Origin: Trichinella spiralis
Taxonomy: Eukaryota
Direction: 5' to 3'
Length of the DNA: 64,000 nt
NCBI RefSeq assembly: GCF_000181795.1
Contig: NW_003526941.1
Location: 5,126,035-5,190,034 of the forward strand
The notes below the pieces were generated by a model that saw nothing but the letters and a program-made list of their open reading frames with translations, ran no database searches and was not told where the DNA came from. Below are positions 39,659 to 54,794 of the stretch, piece by piece (positions within the stretch are counted from its first letter, which is position 1; every line of letters starts with the position of its first letter). The translations under genes were made by a program, and so were the position numbers.

Positions 39659-42600
39659 TCACGTATCACCACCATGCAGTTCATTACAATCGTGGATGAT
39701 TCTCTTATTCAACAAATAACAATATCCATCCACATGCTTGCTGGTAACAAAAGGTTGCTTTGAACTTGTCACATTTGGTGCTATTACTGTCAGGCTTTTC
39801 CTGCTATTTCCAAGTAAATTTCATTATATACATTTTTTTACAATTTGATTAATTTGTTAAAAAATAGAAAAAGAAAAAATAAATCAAACCTGACTAAAAA
39901 AGGAGATGAATTCAACTGAAGGCATGTTCGAAAAGGCAATGAAGAAAAGTCGACGGTTCCGAAAGAATTAACATTTACATCGACAAATAATTCTGCATCA
40001 GACAGCCAAATGGTGCGTTGTGATTTTGGCATATGCAACGAAAAAGAGGTATCAACGTAAGCTGACACTCTAAAAATATTTTTAAAAAAAGTTTAAGCAA
40101 TTCTTCTTCATTTTTTCACAACAAAACATACACTGCATTCATATTCGCATCTGCATTGAGATACCACATGCTTATGTATACTGAACCAGATACATCTAGC
40201 CATAAAAATATACTGCATACTGCAGTCAATATCAGACCATTGACAAGTGGTAAGCGTAAAATTGAATTCTGAAGTTGAATGCCAAAATTAGCCACAGTTT
40301 TAGGCGTGCCGTCGGCCGACCAAATGGCGTTGTACATAGTTGAATAATTGTTGAATAAACTAATCGACGGCTGATGAACCGAAAATGCAAAAAATAACAC
40401 TTCAGCAGCGACAGGATTCTCATTTTCAAAACTCAGATCTTTGAAATCACTGCTACTTAGCATGCTTTGCATTCCACTGGAATAAATGCCAAACTACAAA
40501 TGAAATCAAATAATGAAAACTTTATTGCATCAATATTTGATTTGTAATTTTTATGACATAAACAAATAACATACCGATAGTACTGAATCACTTTTATTTC
40601 TGTATTCTAAAATTGTACCCCAAATCGTTCTAGCCAAAATATTGTTTTCAAATTCACCAGCAGCAAAATAAGATGCGAAAATATCATTCGATGCTAAATA
40701 ATAAAGTACAAAAATGCAATTTTATTCATTTATTAAAAAACACTATTAAGTAAAAACGGAAACCATAATAGATGCTTACCAAAAATTGGTCTAGAAACTG
40801 GACTGAAATGCGTAATAGCATGAACAGAGCTTGCAAAATCCCAACCTAATTTTGGCAGCATCTTCATCAGAGTATTTCTGCAAATAAAGTGGACATTTAA
40901 TTAATATTTTTTAATTTAAAGATTAAAAATAACCTAATTTCTTTGTTATGCTCTAACAAATTCCACATTTGAACAAAACTGTGCACATGAAGTTCTCGAT
41001 CTCTTCTCCAATTTTCTGTCGCAACTGCATTCAGCAACCATTTGAATGCATGCATTCGGCTAGAGCACAATTTCACAATCAATTTTACTGCCAAAATTCG
41101 ATCGGATAAACGCTGCTTTGTGGGACACTGATTTGAAAATATACGTTTCAATAATAAAAGAAGCTAAAATAATAAGATAATGAAAAAATACTGAAGACTT
41201 ATATATGATTAAAGATTGAAAATTTATTTATTTACCTTATCGCTACATGTAGAAAAATGGTCAAAAAGCTTCAAAATTGTACTATCTGTTCCATTTGTTG
41301 TGCACAACAATTTAATCAGATGCTCTAGCAAAGGATGCGCATGTTCTCTAAGATTCGCAATTGCACCTAGCCATCTGTTATTTCGATCTTGCAACAACAA
41401 TGAAAAGAAACGTTCTTTACACTATAATGTTATCCTGAACTGGTTAGCTTCCATTTTTTTTAAAAAGCTTCACATACACGTCTAACTTGATCTCCGTGAT
41501 GCTTTAGTAGTGTTGTGCGCAGAAGTGATGCAATGCAATAAAGTAAGCTTTCACTTTGAGGATATTTTTTTTCAAAAACTTCCTAAATTTACAATAAAAT
41601 TTCATCATAATATACATAGAATTCGATTACCAATAGTTGCACACAAAGCCACGGTTCTGGATTTGTCAGATGAGCATGCATGTTAAAATATGCATCAGCA
41701 AATGATGCAAATTGATCGCTTTCCAAAATTTTAATTGCTGCCTCGTGACAAGGTTTGGTATTGCAAAGAGCTAATAAATTTAAACATGCCTCCGTCTGCC
41801 TGCAAGAAGTTTTTCATTTATACATTCCTCTGAAACTGTTCCATTAATTGCAATAAATAAATCAAGATTCACCTTGATTGAACGGCATCGCATGTGAAAA
41901 GAAATTTATGCAATTTTTCTGCAGACGCACTGTTCACAATTTTCCAAAATCTGTTAAAAGATCTTAATCGGGAATCGGCGTTTGGATGAAAATCTGACGA
42001 AATTTCCTTGTACACAGAATCACAAGTTAAAGTCTAAAATAATCATTTGCTTACACTTGCTAAAATTAAACCAAACACATTGCTAATTACCGCCTCTTAT
42101 CATACAGAAAATAATGTTCTCATAACTACCTTATTTTTAATGCTCAATATTAATGCAAATATTTTTAAAAGAATAAAAAAATTACAACCTCGCTCTCTTT
42201 CAAATTTTCAGTATGTTGAGTGTGCCAAGTTTTTGATAAAAATGAAAGTATAACATCGTCGCTAGTTTTTCCTTGTAGCATCCATTTTTCTAAAATTTTG
42301 CTTATGCCAACATTACAATCACGAAATAAAGAAAAAATCTTACTTCCTGTCCAGTTTTCTACGCATTTACTAAAGTTGGATTCAATTTCACAGTTATCTA
42401 CTGCTGATAAAAATATCTCACTTTCCCAAGTAAGTTGATTTCTATTAAACGATCATTATTTTATACATATAATAACAAATAAATAAATAAATCTCTTACA
42501 CGTTTCTTATAAACACTGACTGATCATTATACAGCAAGAAAGTAAAGTTTGCATTATTTATTAAAGTGACAGTTTTTGCTTTTGCATTACTGCTGTTGAA

Positions 42601-43408
42601 AATAACAGACCAATCGTAATAAGGGATAATGCTGATGGCCTGAAAAATACCTTTAGTCTTTTTAATTAAATAACAAGTAAATACTTACTTCAATACGATA
42701 ATGATGCTGTGGATAGTTATTGAACTGCAAGCAACGTTGAACATTACATTCTAACCTTGTTTCATTTATAACGATTCCGTGTGAAAACCACTTTTAAAAC
42801 AAAAATTCAATGTAATAGATCTAAAATTCAATTCATTTTTAAATTACCTTTTCAGAATCTACTTTATCAGTGAAAAGATGTGCGAAGATATCAATTAATG
42901 ACCATTCTTCTTCCATCATATTCTCTTCTTCAAAAAATAACTGCGTTCCTTCTCTCTGCCATATTAATAAAGCATTTTTGAATATAAGCGAGCAAACTTT
43001 CTCCTCGTCACACTGCTTGGTATTCTAATTTTGCTCAAAATTAGATTTAAAAAAATCCCAATTTTTAATAAGAAACATTTTACTAGGATTGGGGAAATGA
43101 ACAAAAAACGCTGATTGGTCGATTCTGGTTTAAAAACTGAAATTTTCAAATCTATATCCACCCTAGTCACGTGTTGAATAGCTGGTAGCCAAGAACCAAT
43201 TACGTTAACCTCAGTACGAAAGTGAACGTTGTAGGAAAAATTGTCGGCAAAAAAACAACATCCAATTATCAAATGCGCTAAAAATAAATAAACACTGCTT
43301 ATAATAATATAAATTTAATTGTTGAACTGTAATAAAGTGCGAAATTTGTTACATACCAATTTTCAATAAATAAATGGTCAAAATTCCCCATATTCGATCC
43401 ATCGCCAT
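39659..43408 (-). CDS. MTTP: Microsomal triglyceride transfer protein large subunit (DSC-4-like), multi-exon
   Basis: Signal peptide; C-terminal MTP features LFNNYSTMYNAIWSADG, LPLVNG, LDVSGSVYISMW, TCLQL, GYCYLLNKRIIHDCNEL*. The N-terminal region is divergent. Confidence 0.82.
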
Positions 43409-43680
43409 TATCTTTCTTTAGCGGTTCACTTTTAGACAAGTATGCAAAAATTCAAATACAACACATAGGAGCCCATAATCCGACGAACGTTCGTAACGTC
43501 AGTTGATAGACAGTTGCCGAAAAATGTACATCAAGTTAAACGGAGATGCATTCTGTACTCCATTATCTCTTAAACAATGATAACATCTTGAGTAAAAGCG
43601 TCACAATATTGACAAAATGATTCATTTTTGAAAGAAATACAACTTGAACGACAACAGAAAGATAAAGTTTCTCAAATTGA

Positions 43681-45259
43681 TTAATTTCTTTTCACCAGAA
43701 ACAACTGCAGTGCTTCTTCATCGTCAACAATGTCCATTTTTGGCAAGGGGACTTCAATTCCATTTTCATAATAAGCACCACTTCTCAGATTTGGTAAGCA
43801 AGCTGTCCAAAGCACATTTGCAGCTCCTTCAGCAGGAGTGAGGAGAATGTATTTTGAAAAAGCTGACTTTAAAAAACGTTGATTTAACCAGCTGGTGTGA
43901 CGATAAAGTCGAGTATGCACCACGCCTGGGTGTAAAGAACAGCATTTAAAATTTGCCGTTTGCATCTTCAGTTTGGCAAGCATTTGCATGTAGTATGATA
44001 ATGCCAATTTAGAATTTGCATATGACAAGTAACTGCAGTATGCATACTTTCGACAGTAATTGTTTGAATAATTTGAACCACCTGGAAGTATCATCAAATT
44101 AATTTACATCCCTATACTGAAAATACAATTAAAAAAACAAGTTACGTTTGTTAACAAACGGAATAGGTTATTTAACTTTAAAATTGAAAATTACATTTTA
44201 AAAATATTTTCAAGTGAAATTTTCTTCAGTTCTTTATTAGCAAAGAGGATCAATATTGTTCGGTAAAAAATAATGTTATGCAACACAATTACTGTAAAAA
44301 TTAAAGAAAAATCAAGTAAATTCATTACCACTTTCATGCATAATTTGAAAATTGTAAACTGTAGAATTCAAAACAAGTCAATTTATTGCAAGTAAATTAT
44401 TTTTGTTTACTTTGAAAAGTAATACTATTAATTCGTAAACATTATTAACTTGAATAAATTTATACTGTTGTTGATGCGGGTCTTCGAGAATCCCATGAAC
44501 AATTATTAAACTAATGCATTTAGATTTTTATAAATAAAACCTTTACATTTAAAGAAACACTCATTATTATAAACGTAACTTGAACAGATACTAAACACTG
44601 TGTGTGCATAACGTTTGATAAAGTAGAAAATGAAATATCATACCATTGTAAAACCAATTTTGGTTCAACGAAGCAGCAAAAAGCTCAGTCGAGCTGACAG
44701 AAATTATTCTACCAAATCCATCATCCTCAGCCGCTCTGCATACAAGAGTTTGCAGTGAATTCGTCACCACAGTTGGTGCTATGAAATTTACCATCCACTG
44801 CAGTTCCACATTTTTCACTTCAGCGAACGGCGTCAACATCACAGCAGCATTATTAACAAGCAGGTTCACTTTGTCGTATTTTCTTTTCAACTTTTCAAGA
44901 AAACTTTGAATACTGTTCAACGAACTGAAATCGACCACTTCGATTACCAAACTGTGCTCATCAGCAATCTCTTTGAAAAGTTCCCTCAAAACAGTGATCA
45001 TGTCCACATCGTATACAGTAGCCACCACAGTCCAGTTGTATTGCAAAAGAATGCGCACTAGCTCGCAGCCGATGCCGCCCACATCCGCTCCTGTAATAAT
45101 CGCAGTTCGGTTATGAATTTTCGACATTTCCGATAAATATTTTTCAAAGCACAGTTTTTTCCAAAAAAACATCTGCTGTATCACTGCTCGAACTGCAATT
45201 GCATAGAAGTGGAAAAAATGAAAAATGTTCAGAAAAATCAGCAGAAAGAAGTAGATCAT
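43681..45259 (-). CDS. Short-chain dehydrogenase/reductase, DHRSX / retinol dehydrogenase-like (exons 45259-44644, 44081-43681; a short extra 3' exon is possible)
   Basis: Hydrophobic N-terminus, AIITGADVGGIG, LLVNNAAVM, RIISVSS, catalytic YANSK, LHPGVVHT, TPAEGA. Confidence 0.9.
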
Positions 45260-45483
45260 GTTTTCCAATATGTGTTTTTTCAGTAGCCAATAAACATGCA
45301 AACTGAAAATGTTGCCCAAATGGATATTCTATAACAGTTTAAAAATTAAATTAAAATAAATGAACATTCCCGAATGCACAAAAACGCAGCAATGAAGAAC
45401 AAGTAAGGTGTAACAAGACACTTTCAAGTAAATCTCTAAAACCATCGAGCAGCATGAAATTTAATAGAATTTCAAAAGTCAGA

Positions 45484-47156
45484 TTACTGCAATGCAATCT
45501 TTTTCCAATTCTCATTCTTCAACGTTGTGAGCTCTTTCTCGTGTTTATCAAAAAAACTACCAAATTTGATCAATGGCAGAGCAACAGATTTACACTGATC
45601 AACAGCTTAAAAGTGAGAAAATGAAAATTTCTCGAGTAAAATGCTTTCGTAAAACGAAAAGAATAAAATTATTACCACTGCACAATTCAGCGTCGCTGTT
45701 GAATCGTTGCAAGTTTGATTCAACTCTTTTAAAGCAATTTGCTTCAAATAAAAACAGTATGACTGGATTTGATTTACACTTTTGAACAACATACAACAGA
45801 CCCTCTGCCAATATGTGATCGAAGACAGGACCATCACATTTCAATACTGTCTCTTGAAAATTCCACTTGGAAAAGTCAATCTGTGCTACCAGACACGCTG
45901 ATACGCTAAATAAGAAAACTGAAAAATGCAAAACAGTCAAACATGCGTCAGCTTACTTGAAAAATGACAATACAAAACACTGATCATCAACGACCAATTT
46001 TGAAATTTCAGCATCAACAGGTATAACACTATTTAACCGCTTTAACGACTCTCGGTAATTGTACAAATAAATCAATTTGCCGATGGGCAGCTGCCAGATT
46101 CCAATAGTTCCATCCTAAAACCAATCTTTTACATTTTTATCACAGCTTTACTTGTAAAAGATTTTAAAAACAAAACATCTTTAAACTTCAAAACTTATAC
46201 AACAGTAAACATTCATAAACAGTAAATCATAATGACAACCTTACGATTCACTACAGTACTAAATAAACAATAAAAATAAATTATCATTTTTCTTACCCCT
46301 GAAGCGGACATTAAAAATGACAAATGTTCATCAACTTTCATCCAACCGAGACTACGTACAAAGCTAAAACATGGTCAAACGTCTTAAACTCGTCATATAG
46401 TCTTTCAATTAAGGGGAAAATTAATAATAATACTTACTCTTTATGCCCCACGCAGAACGTCTCGATATTGTATGTATTCGGAAAATTACTCACTCGTATA
46501 CGATTATCACGATCACAAGAAACTATATAACGCAAATCGGGAGAAAATACCTAAAAATTTCATAATGAATCACAATCAGTATTTCATTCAAAACTGCATT
46601 AGAAACCAAATCAAGTATCATTGAAATATGTCCAAGTAAAACTGACGGTTTTGAAGATGGGGGCTCAAATTGATAAACATTTCCAGCACGATCAGCGATG
46701 ATAACAGATTGGCCATCGTTGATAAATACCAATGAGGTTGCCTGTTTTGGCGTAGTGCTAAATTGTAAATTTCAATTAAGAAAAGATAAATTTGAAATAT
46801 CATTATAAACCAATACCAATGAAAAATTTGAATTTTACGTCGGATGTCAAAAATTTGCAAACGCTTTCTACTATCACAAACGGCAAACAAACCGCATTCA
46901 TCCAGCGCTAAGGCTAACAATTCAATTTCAACTTCTGTGCTTTTCTTTTTTTCTTCATTATTTTCGGACATTTCTTCTGAATTTAGTGCAAAAACTGACA
47001 ATTCTGATTCCCCATCTCTGCCAAAAATAATCATCATTCATAATAAAATCATTTACAGTTGTTTAATCAATCAACTTACAATTTTGATTCCAAACTGTAC
47101 GCCTTACTACCAACCGCCAACACGGCGAAGGATAATGTTTTCCGAAATAAAGACAT
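45484..47156 (-). CDS. WDR4: tRNA m7G methyltransferase non-catalytic WD40 subunit (WDR4/Trm82/Wuho)
   Basis: IIADRAGNVY...LLGHISMILD, SCDRDNRIRVSNFPNTYNIETFCVGHK, MSASGDGTIGIW are characteristic Trm82/WDR4 motifs; last exon ends ...IALQ*. Confidence 0.88.
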
Positions 47157-47633
47157 TTTAAAAAAATTTTAACAAAACAATCTTTCACAAATTAAAAATT
47201 GCATAGATTAATTTATTTACAAACATCAGATATTTTTACAATTCCAAAATATTTTAAAATTTTCAAAAATTTCCAACCATACAAAAGACTAAACAGTAAA
47301 GTAAAAGAATTTACAAGTACGTTAATTTTTACAGAAAACATGTAGGTAGAATTACTAAAATGTTTGAATTCAAGTAAGATAATTTTTAACTACCTAAAAA
47401 TAGAAATTTCAACATTCTTAATATATTTAAAAAATTTTTTAATTAATGAAATACAATTTTTGACAGTCTTACGCAAAAACATTAACAACTTTTTTTACGT
47501 TTATCTTAAAAATTTAAAATTTAATTCATTAAATTACTTTATTAGTATTAAATTATCTTTACTTTCATTCTTCATTAATAATTAATTTATTTAAAAAAAT
47601 TACCGTAACACTTTCTAAATTTGTAGGTCATAA

Positions 47634-47667
47634 GCGGGAACTTTTTGTCATAAATACTGTAACCAAT
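47634..47667 (+). promoter_or_regulatory. Putative E2F-like site (GCGGGAA) and CCAAT box upstream of PCNA
   Basis: GCGGGAA at 47634-47640 and CCAAT at 47663-47667, 110-143 bp upstream of the PCNA ATG in otherwise very AT-rich DNA. Confidence 0.45.
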
Positions 47668-47776
47668 CAAGTATATTCGGAAAATCATTTCTAGTGCTGT
47701 TGTATCTTGTGGTGATAGCGTGTGACTGCAGTTTTCATTCTAACATTCTGACTGTACAACTCGATTGTCTTTAAGC

Positions 47777-49248
<1,472 letters not shown>

Positions 49249-49514
49249 TGCGATCGATGAACTAAATTTTTAAAAATACGAAATAAAATTTGAATGACAT
49301 ATAGAACAGTATAACGAAAGGCACTTTTTAATACACTGTTCATATTTCGAATTGAAATTTTTATAAAACGATAAATAGATTGCAATAGTATTATCATTTG
49401 CCTGAATTGAATTGGACATTTTTCGATAATGAACACCAATCCATTTCTGTAAAGAAAAACCGGTAAAAATTCAAGCAAATGACAAATAACAAACGGAAAA
49501 TAGATGTTCTGCAT

Positions 49515-51946
49515 CTATAAACGAAATAAATCCAACAGTTCAACATATTCTGGTGATGGACTTGGTCCGATTGCTTCACGAAGAATTTCCTGTCCATTTT
49601 CACTGATGGGAATTTTCTGAAATTGGAAAATTAACTCTTAAATGCTGCACGGCTACGTTGTTTAAAAGCACAGTTTTCAACCTGGTGATATTCAATCAGA
49701 GAATTCAACGAAGAATGGACTATTTGTTTCGAACCAACAAAATGGTAACCTTCTTTAAAGCTGAGCACCATGAAGTGCTTCACCTTAAAGCCGGCTTGAT
49801 AGGACAACACGTAGCCGCATATTTTCTCACTGATACGTACCAAATAGGCTCCAACTTGTTTTGCATGCAGCAGTCGTTCTGCGTCGGATCTGTTCAATAT
49901 CCCATGAAACCAAAAAGCAAAAGTCCTCCTATCCATCTCTACACCAGCGGCACGAGGAAACTCCTCCGTTCTGTACCACTGCAATATAGCTGAGCGAGAT
50001 AGATGAGACTGATCCATTCGAGCTGACACATTTGCAGGCTTTTCGTCATACCTGAAAAAATTCATTTTAACAACGCCATGATAGCAGCCCAACAACAACT
50101 AACGTTTTTGGTAATGCTTGAACCCGACTATCGACGCTCAACGTTTGAAGCCAATGCTGCTCTCGAGCTTTCCTAGCCATCGATCGAATCTGCTCTTCAA
50201 CATCTCGTAAAACATCTTCTATACATTCGAACAACAATGCATTCATTATTTTAAATGACAATAACGAAAAAATGAAAAAGATTACCTGAAACGGGAATTT
50301 TCTGTATTCCATTGGCAATGTTCATTTCTTCCATTCTTGCATCGAAGTTGAAATCCAACTCGTCCAAACTGGCATTTCCATTTCCATTATTCGGCAACTG
50401 CTTTTCTAGGCCATTCTCTTGCTGAAACAACAGTAAATGCGTGTAATTTCAAATTCCACAAAGTTTTATGCACACTTTATCCCATATAACCGGCATAAGC
50501 AGTTCCACATCGCATTTGCTGCTCAATAAAACCGCTGACTACACTTTGATGACGTAAATTTTTAATTGCACCTTCTTTTAAAAATTATTTTTCTACATTC
50601 ACTGCGGCAGAATTTGATAGCGCAAATAATTACTAGCTCACTTCATTTCTTACAACAAAGCAACAACAATAATAAAAGCAATATAAATGAAGTGAAAGGC
50701 AAATATACACTTATTTCTCAAATATTGCATTTTTTGATTTGTCATTACATGCACGCCAAACAGCTCACTTTTATTAACCTTAATTACCAGTTACGATCAA
50801 GTTTAAAATTCTTACAGTAAGTCAGCCATCATGACATCATATAAAATTTAGTTACATTACGTAAATACTTGTAAATATTACAAATGACAAAAATTCAACT
50901 TTATGAAATTTCGGAAATTTTTTTCCTTTCTTATTTTTACTGCTACAACTACGTCACTTCAACTTTAGCATCCAGTTTCTACATGATAAATTTCTTTTCT
51001 CAAATACTAAGCAGTTTTCTTCAAAATGTACATAAAATAGGCTTTTGATTAATTTAAATTAAAACTAATTTTCAGAATAACCTCAACGCTTCAACAATAT
51101 ACCAAAGATAACGTTATTTAGCCGCCGTTTCTGGCATAAACAAAACCAACATCAACTTGCGCCCCAGAGAACTGAATAAACATAATCGTCAGACGCCGTC
51201 GGTACAACAAAGGACAACTACAACAAATAAATAAATAAAATGATCGTAACGTACAAAAGTGTCAAACAGTCAGAGAACAGGTTTGCCAGCTTGTTGTTTA
51301 AGTACTGCTTGAACAGCGTGCTATAGCAAACTGTGTCCACCTTATAGGCCATTAAGAAGGAAAAAGAAATTTTTCCTGGTTGAAAGTATTATCAGAAAAA
51401 CGGTGATGCAGTTTATTAGCAATGCAGCAATACAACAACTATTTGCCAGCTAAAGCCGCTATTTTTCAAAAATAAAAATGCTCACTCGTCCAGTGCTCAT
51501 CTACGTTGTACAATAAATCCTCATTTTCTTACGGCGTCCGTGAACTCGGACGTGGGGAAACTCAAGGTTGACGGATATGAAGAAAATAATGGTCAACTTA
51601 CTTTGAAAGTTTCACCGTTGAGCTCGTTATTTTTGGCAGAATAAAGTTCACGGTCGGTCATGTCGTCTGGGATGCTTTCGACCGGGCTGCCGCGCTCCTG
51701 GTCTTCGCCAAGAACCCAAACACAAGGTTCACCCTTTTCGTCCAAAATCCATTTAACTCGCGTTTCGGAACGCTTAGATACCGTGGCCGGCTCAATCTTC
51801 TCAAGCTCCTTTTCTCGTAGCATCCACCGACGCACTTGTTCTTCACGCATCTTACAAAACAGCAGCTGCTTTTGCGACTCATCCAACTCTGCTAGCAACA
51901 ACGGATCGACGTAAAGATCATTCAGAATCTTTTCCAAAATGCTCAT
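49515..51946 (-). CDS. SH2 domain-containing protein 4A/4B-like
   Basis: N-terminus ILEKILNDLYVDPLLLAELDESQKQLLFCKMREEQVRRW is typical of SH2D4; C-terminal SH2 WFHGILNRSDAERLL...GAYLVRISE. Confidence 0.88.
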
Positions 51947-52917
51947 GCCGATCGCTTTATGCACAACAGCAACAATGCATCACTAAAGAAAAATGAAATA
52001 ATATAAAGTAACAAGAAAAAATATTCAACCAACGAAAACCAATCATCAAATATTGGAATAAAAATTTCTTTTCAAAAAGAGAAAAAAAAGGAAAACTGGG
52101 ACACTTTGTCCCAAGCAAACAAAGTGAAGAATGAATCCCCACAGTCGCCAGCGCATTGCATCACGACTGTTGGAAAACGCAACCGGACATAAACGGAGCA
52201 ACGCCAAGCCAGCATCACTTCAAGCCAAGCAAACAGCCAACAAGGCGACACAAACAACCTGTTCTGCACTAATTTAAATCGACACGTATTCACAAAAACA
52301 AATGAAGCATTGCGGAAAAACTTTTTTTCCAAAATCAAGCAACAAGCGCAATTTTACCGAAAAAAACAAAGCATTAAACAATTAAACTTACAACAGCCAC
52401 TGTCAATTGAATTGGATTATAAATTTGTGCAAATAAAAAAATAAAACAATTCTATTCGCACTATTCTGCACTAAGCAGTCAAGAATGACTTGATTAGCAG
52501 TCAGGCTAAGCGGTTCAACACCAATGCAAAAAAAAGCAGTCGATGAACACCACCACCACCAGGATTGATTACGAAGGCTGCTTCAAACCAGATGTCTTAC
52601 TGTTAAAAAATTGAAAATATGCAGGTTTCATTCGCTTAAAAAATAATTTCTAAAATTCAGTTTCAAATTAAAAAACAATTTTGAATTAAAAAAATTTTCA
52701 ATTAATTTTCAACATATCCATTTTTAGAAATATTTATATTTGACCAAACATAAATTCGCAAATACATTCAGATGGCTGCAAAATTTGAAATTCAAAAATA
52801 TTTCTTCAAATTCAGCAAATTGTCATCACATTCCCATAGTTCACAACTAGCGACCATTTGAACACTGACATTTTATTTAAGATAAAAAAGTCGCATATAT
52901 GTGAGAGATTAATAATA

Positions 52918-53700
52918 TCACTGCGCAGGTCGGGGAGGAACTGCTTGCGGCGTTATTTGCATTGGTCTAGGAATCGGACCTGGATGACCACTTCCGACTG
53001 GCATAGGTGCACCATGGGGCGGCACTACTCCTTGTATTGGTGGCCGAACAACATTCTCTTAAAAAAATTAATAAAACAAAAAAAACAATTAAATAATTTA
53101 CTTACGAGGCATGCTTGACATTGGATTTGGTGGCGGAACCATATAAGGAACTCCTGGTGTCATTCCCGGCAAATTCATTCCTTGAGGTGGAATGCCGACA
53201 GGCACTACAAAACAAACATTAAACAGGCCAAAATTACAGTATAAAATTTGAGCTCACTTCCTGGAACTGATCCTGGAACCATGGCTCCTGGAGGAATCAT
53301 AGGTGGGCGCATCATACCCACAATTGGATTTGCTGGAATCTTTCCTTCTTTAAATGCTTTGGCTTAAAACAAACAATTTCAAAAAACATGACATTCGATA
53401 ACCGAAATTTTTACCAGTTGCGTCCACCAACTTCTGAGCTTGATCTTCCATCCATTGTTGGTAATACATTCGAACGTTTTCTTTGTGCTTTCGACCACTG
53501 TTGTGTGTCTTACGAACAGATGGCTGAAATTGTTTATCAAAATCAACACAAATCTCCAATAAATCAACACAAATATAAAATTTTCAAATACTAAATACTA
53601 TCAAAACTTGATTCCAAAAATGAAGAAAAGAAAAAAAAAATTAACTTACCGAATCATGTGTCAGATGGGTGTCGCAATAATCACAAAAATATTTCGGCAT
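52918..53700 (-). CDS. SNRPC: U1 snRNP protein C; 5 exons
   Basis: [53 protein letters not shown] zinc finger followed by a Pro/Met-rich tail. Confidence 0.97.
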
Positions 53701-54794
53701 TTCTGACCAGCAACTAAAAAAATTTTAATGCCAAAATTTGAATATAAATTAAAAGTTTCAGATAAAAACAGATAAACAAATATCGGGAAATAGAGACATA
53801 TAGAACATACATACATAAATACAAGAACACATAAATAAAATATAAAAAGATCATACTTATATTCAAACTGCTTTAAAGGAAATTGCAGTAGAACAACAGC
53901 TGCGCTGAAATAAATTACGTTGTAACCTGTTGCATAAAATAAACAGTTTTGTAACTCTCAAGTACTAATGTTTCTGTAGAGCATTCTTGAATAATTTTTC
54001 TAAGTTTTGCAAAATTCGAATTTGAACAGCTATCCTAAGTTTACATTATCAAGATATATGTATTTTTTTCATAAAACTTCTTACAACTATGCTGCTTTTC
54101 TTTTCGACAGTTTGTACAATTTTAAAACTTATAATTTATTTCGTTGTTTTCTAGCTGATATATTACTTTAATGCCTGAATATCTTTATGTATGCTTATTT
54201 TATCATATTACTTTCATCATTTCTAATTAGCGGCTTTTATATATTAGTGCAGATCCTTTTTTTTAAAGAAAAACTTGAATTTTCTAATACAGTGCATTAT
54301 ATAGTATGCTGATATATACTACACTGATATATAGTACAAACGATTAAGCTGTCTTAAAATGATAAGCTTTAATTCATGGAAAGTTTTGACATTTTAAGAT
54401 GCCGTGTTTTTACAGTAGGATGTATTAGTTTACATGCTTTTCAATTCAAAAATACAGTAATGCTGTTACATTTTAATTTTGCGCAGGTTTTTTAGATTTG
54501 AAGTTTGAACTATAAAAGAAGCTAAGGTATATTTTGTTTAAAATAAAAAATTATTTATAAAAAATGATTATAAAAAGAATAATTCACGCTTTGCTTTTTA
54601 TATTTTGTCTTTACTATGTGTATGTGAATAATTGTATTATCTGTTTAAACTTTGAAGCAGTGTTTTATGTATATTCATTGATATTGTTATTTTAAAATTA
54701 TTATGTTATAAGCTTAAAATTTCTATGCTTAACTGTTATTAATTGTTTGATGTTGGTATAAATAACACTTTGGCAATTTTATCTAGTAGACGTA

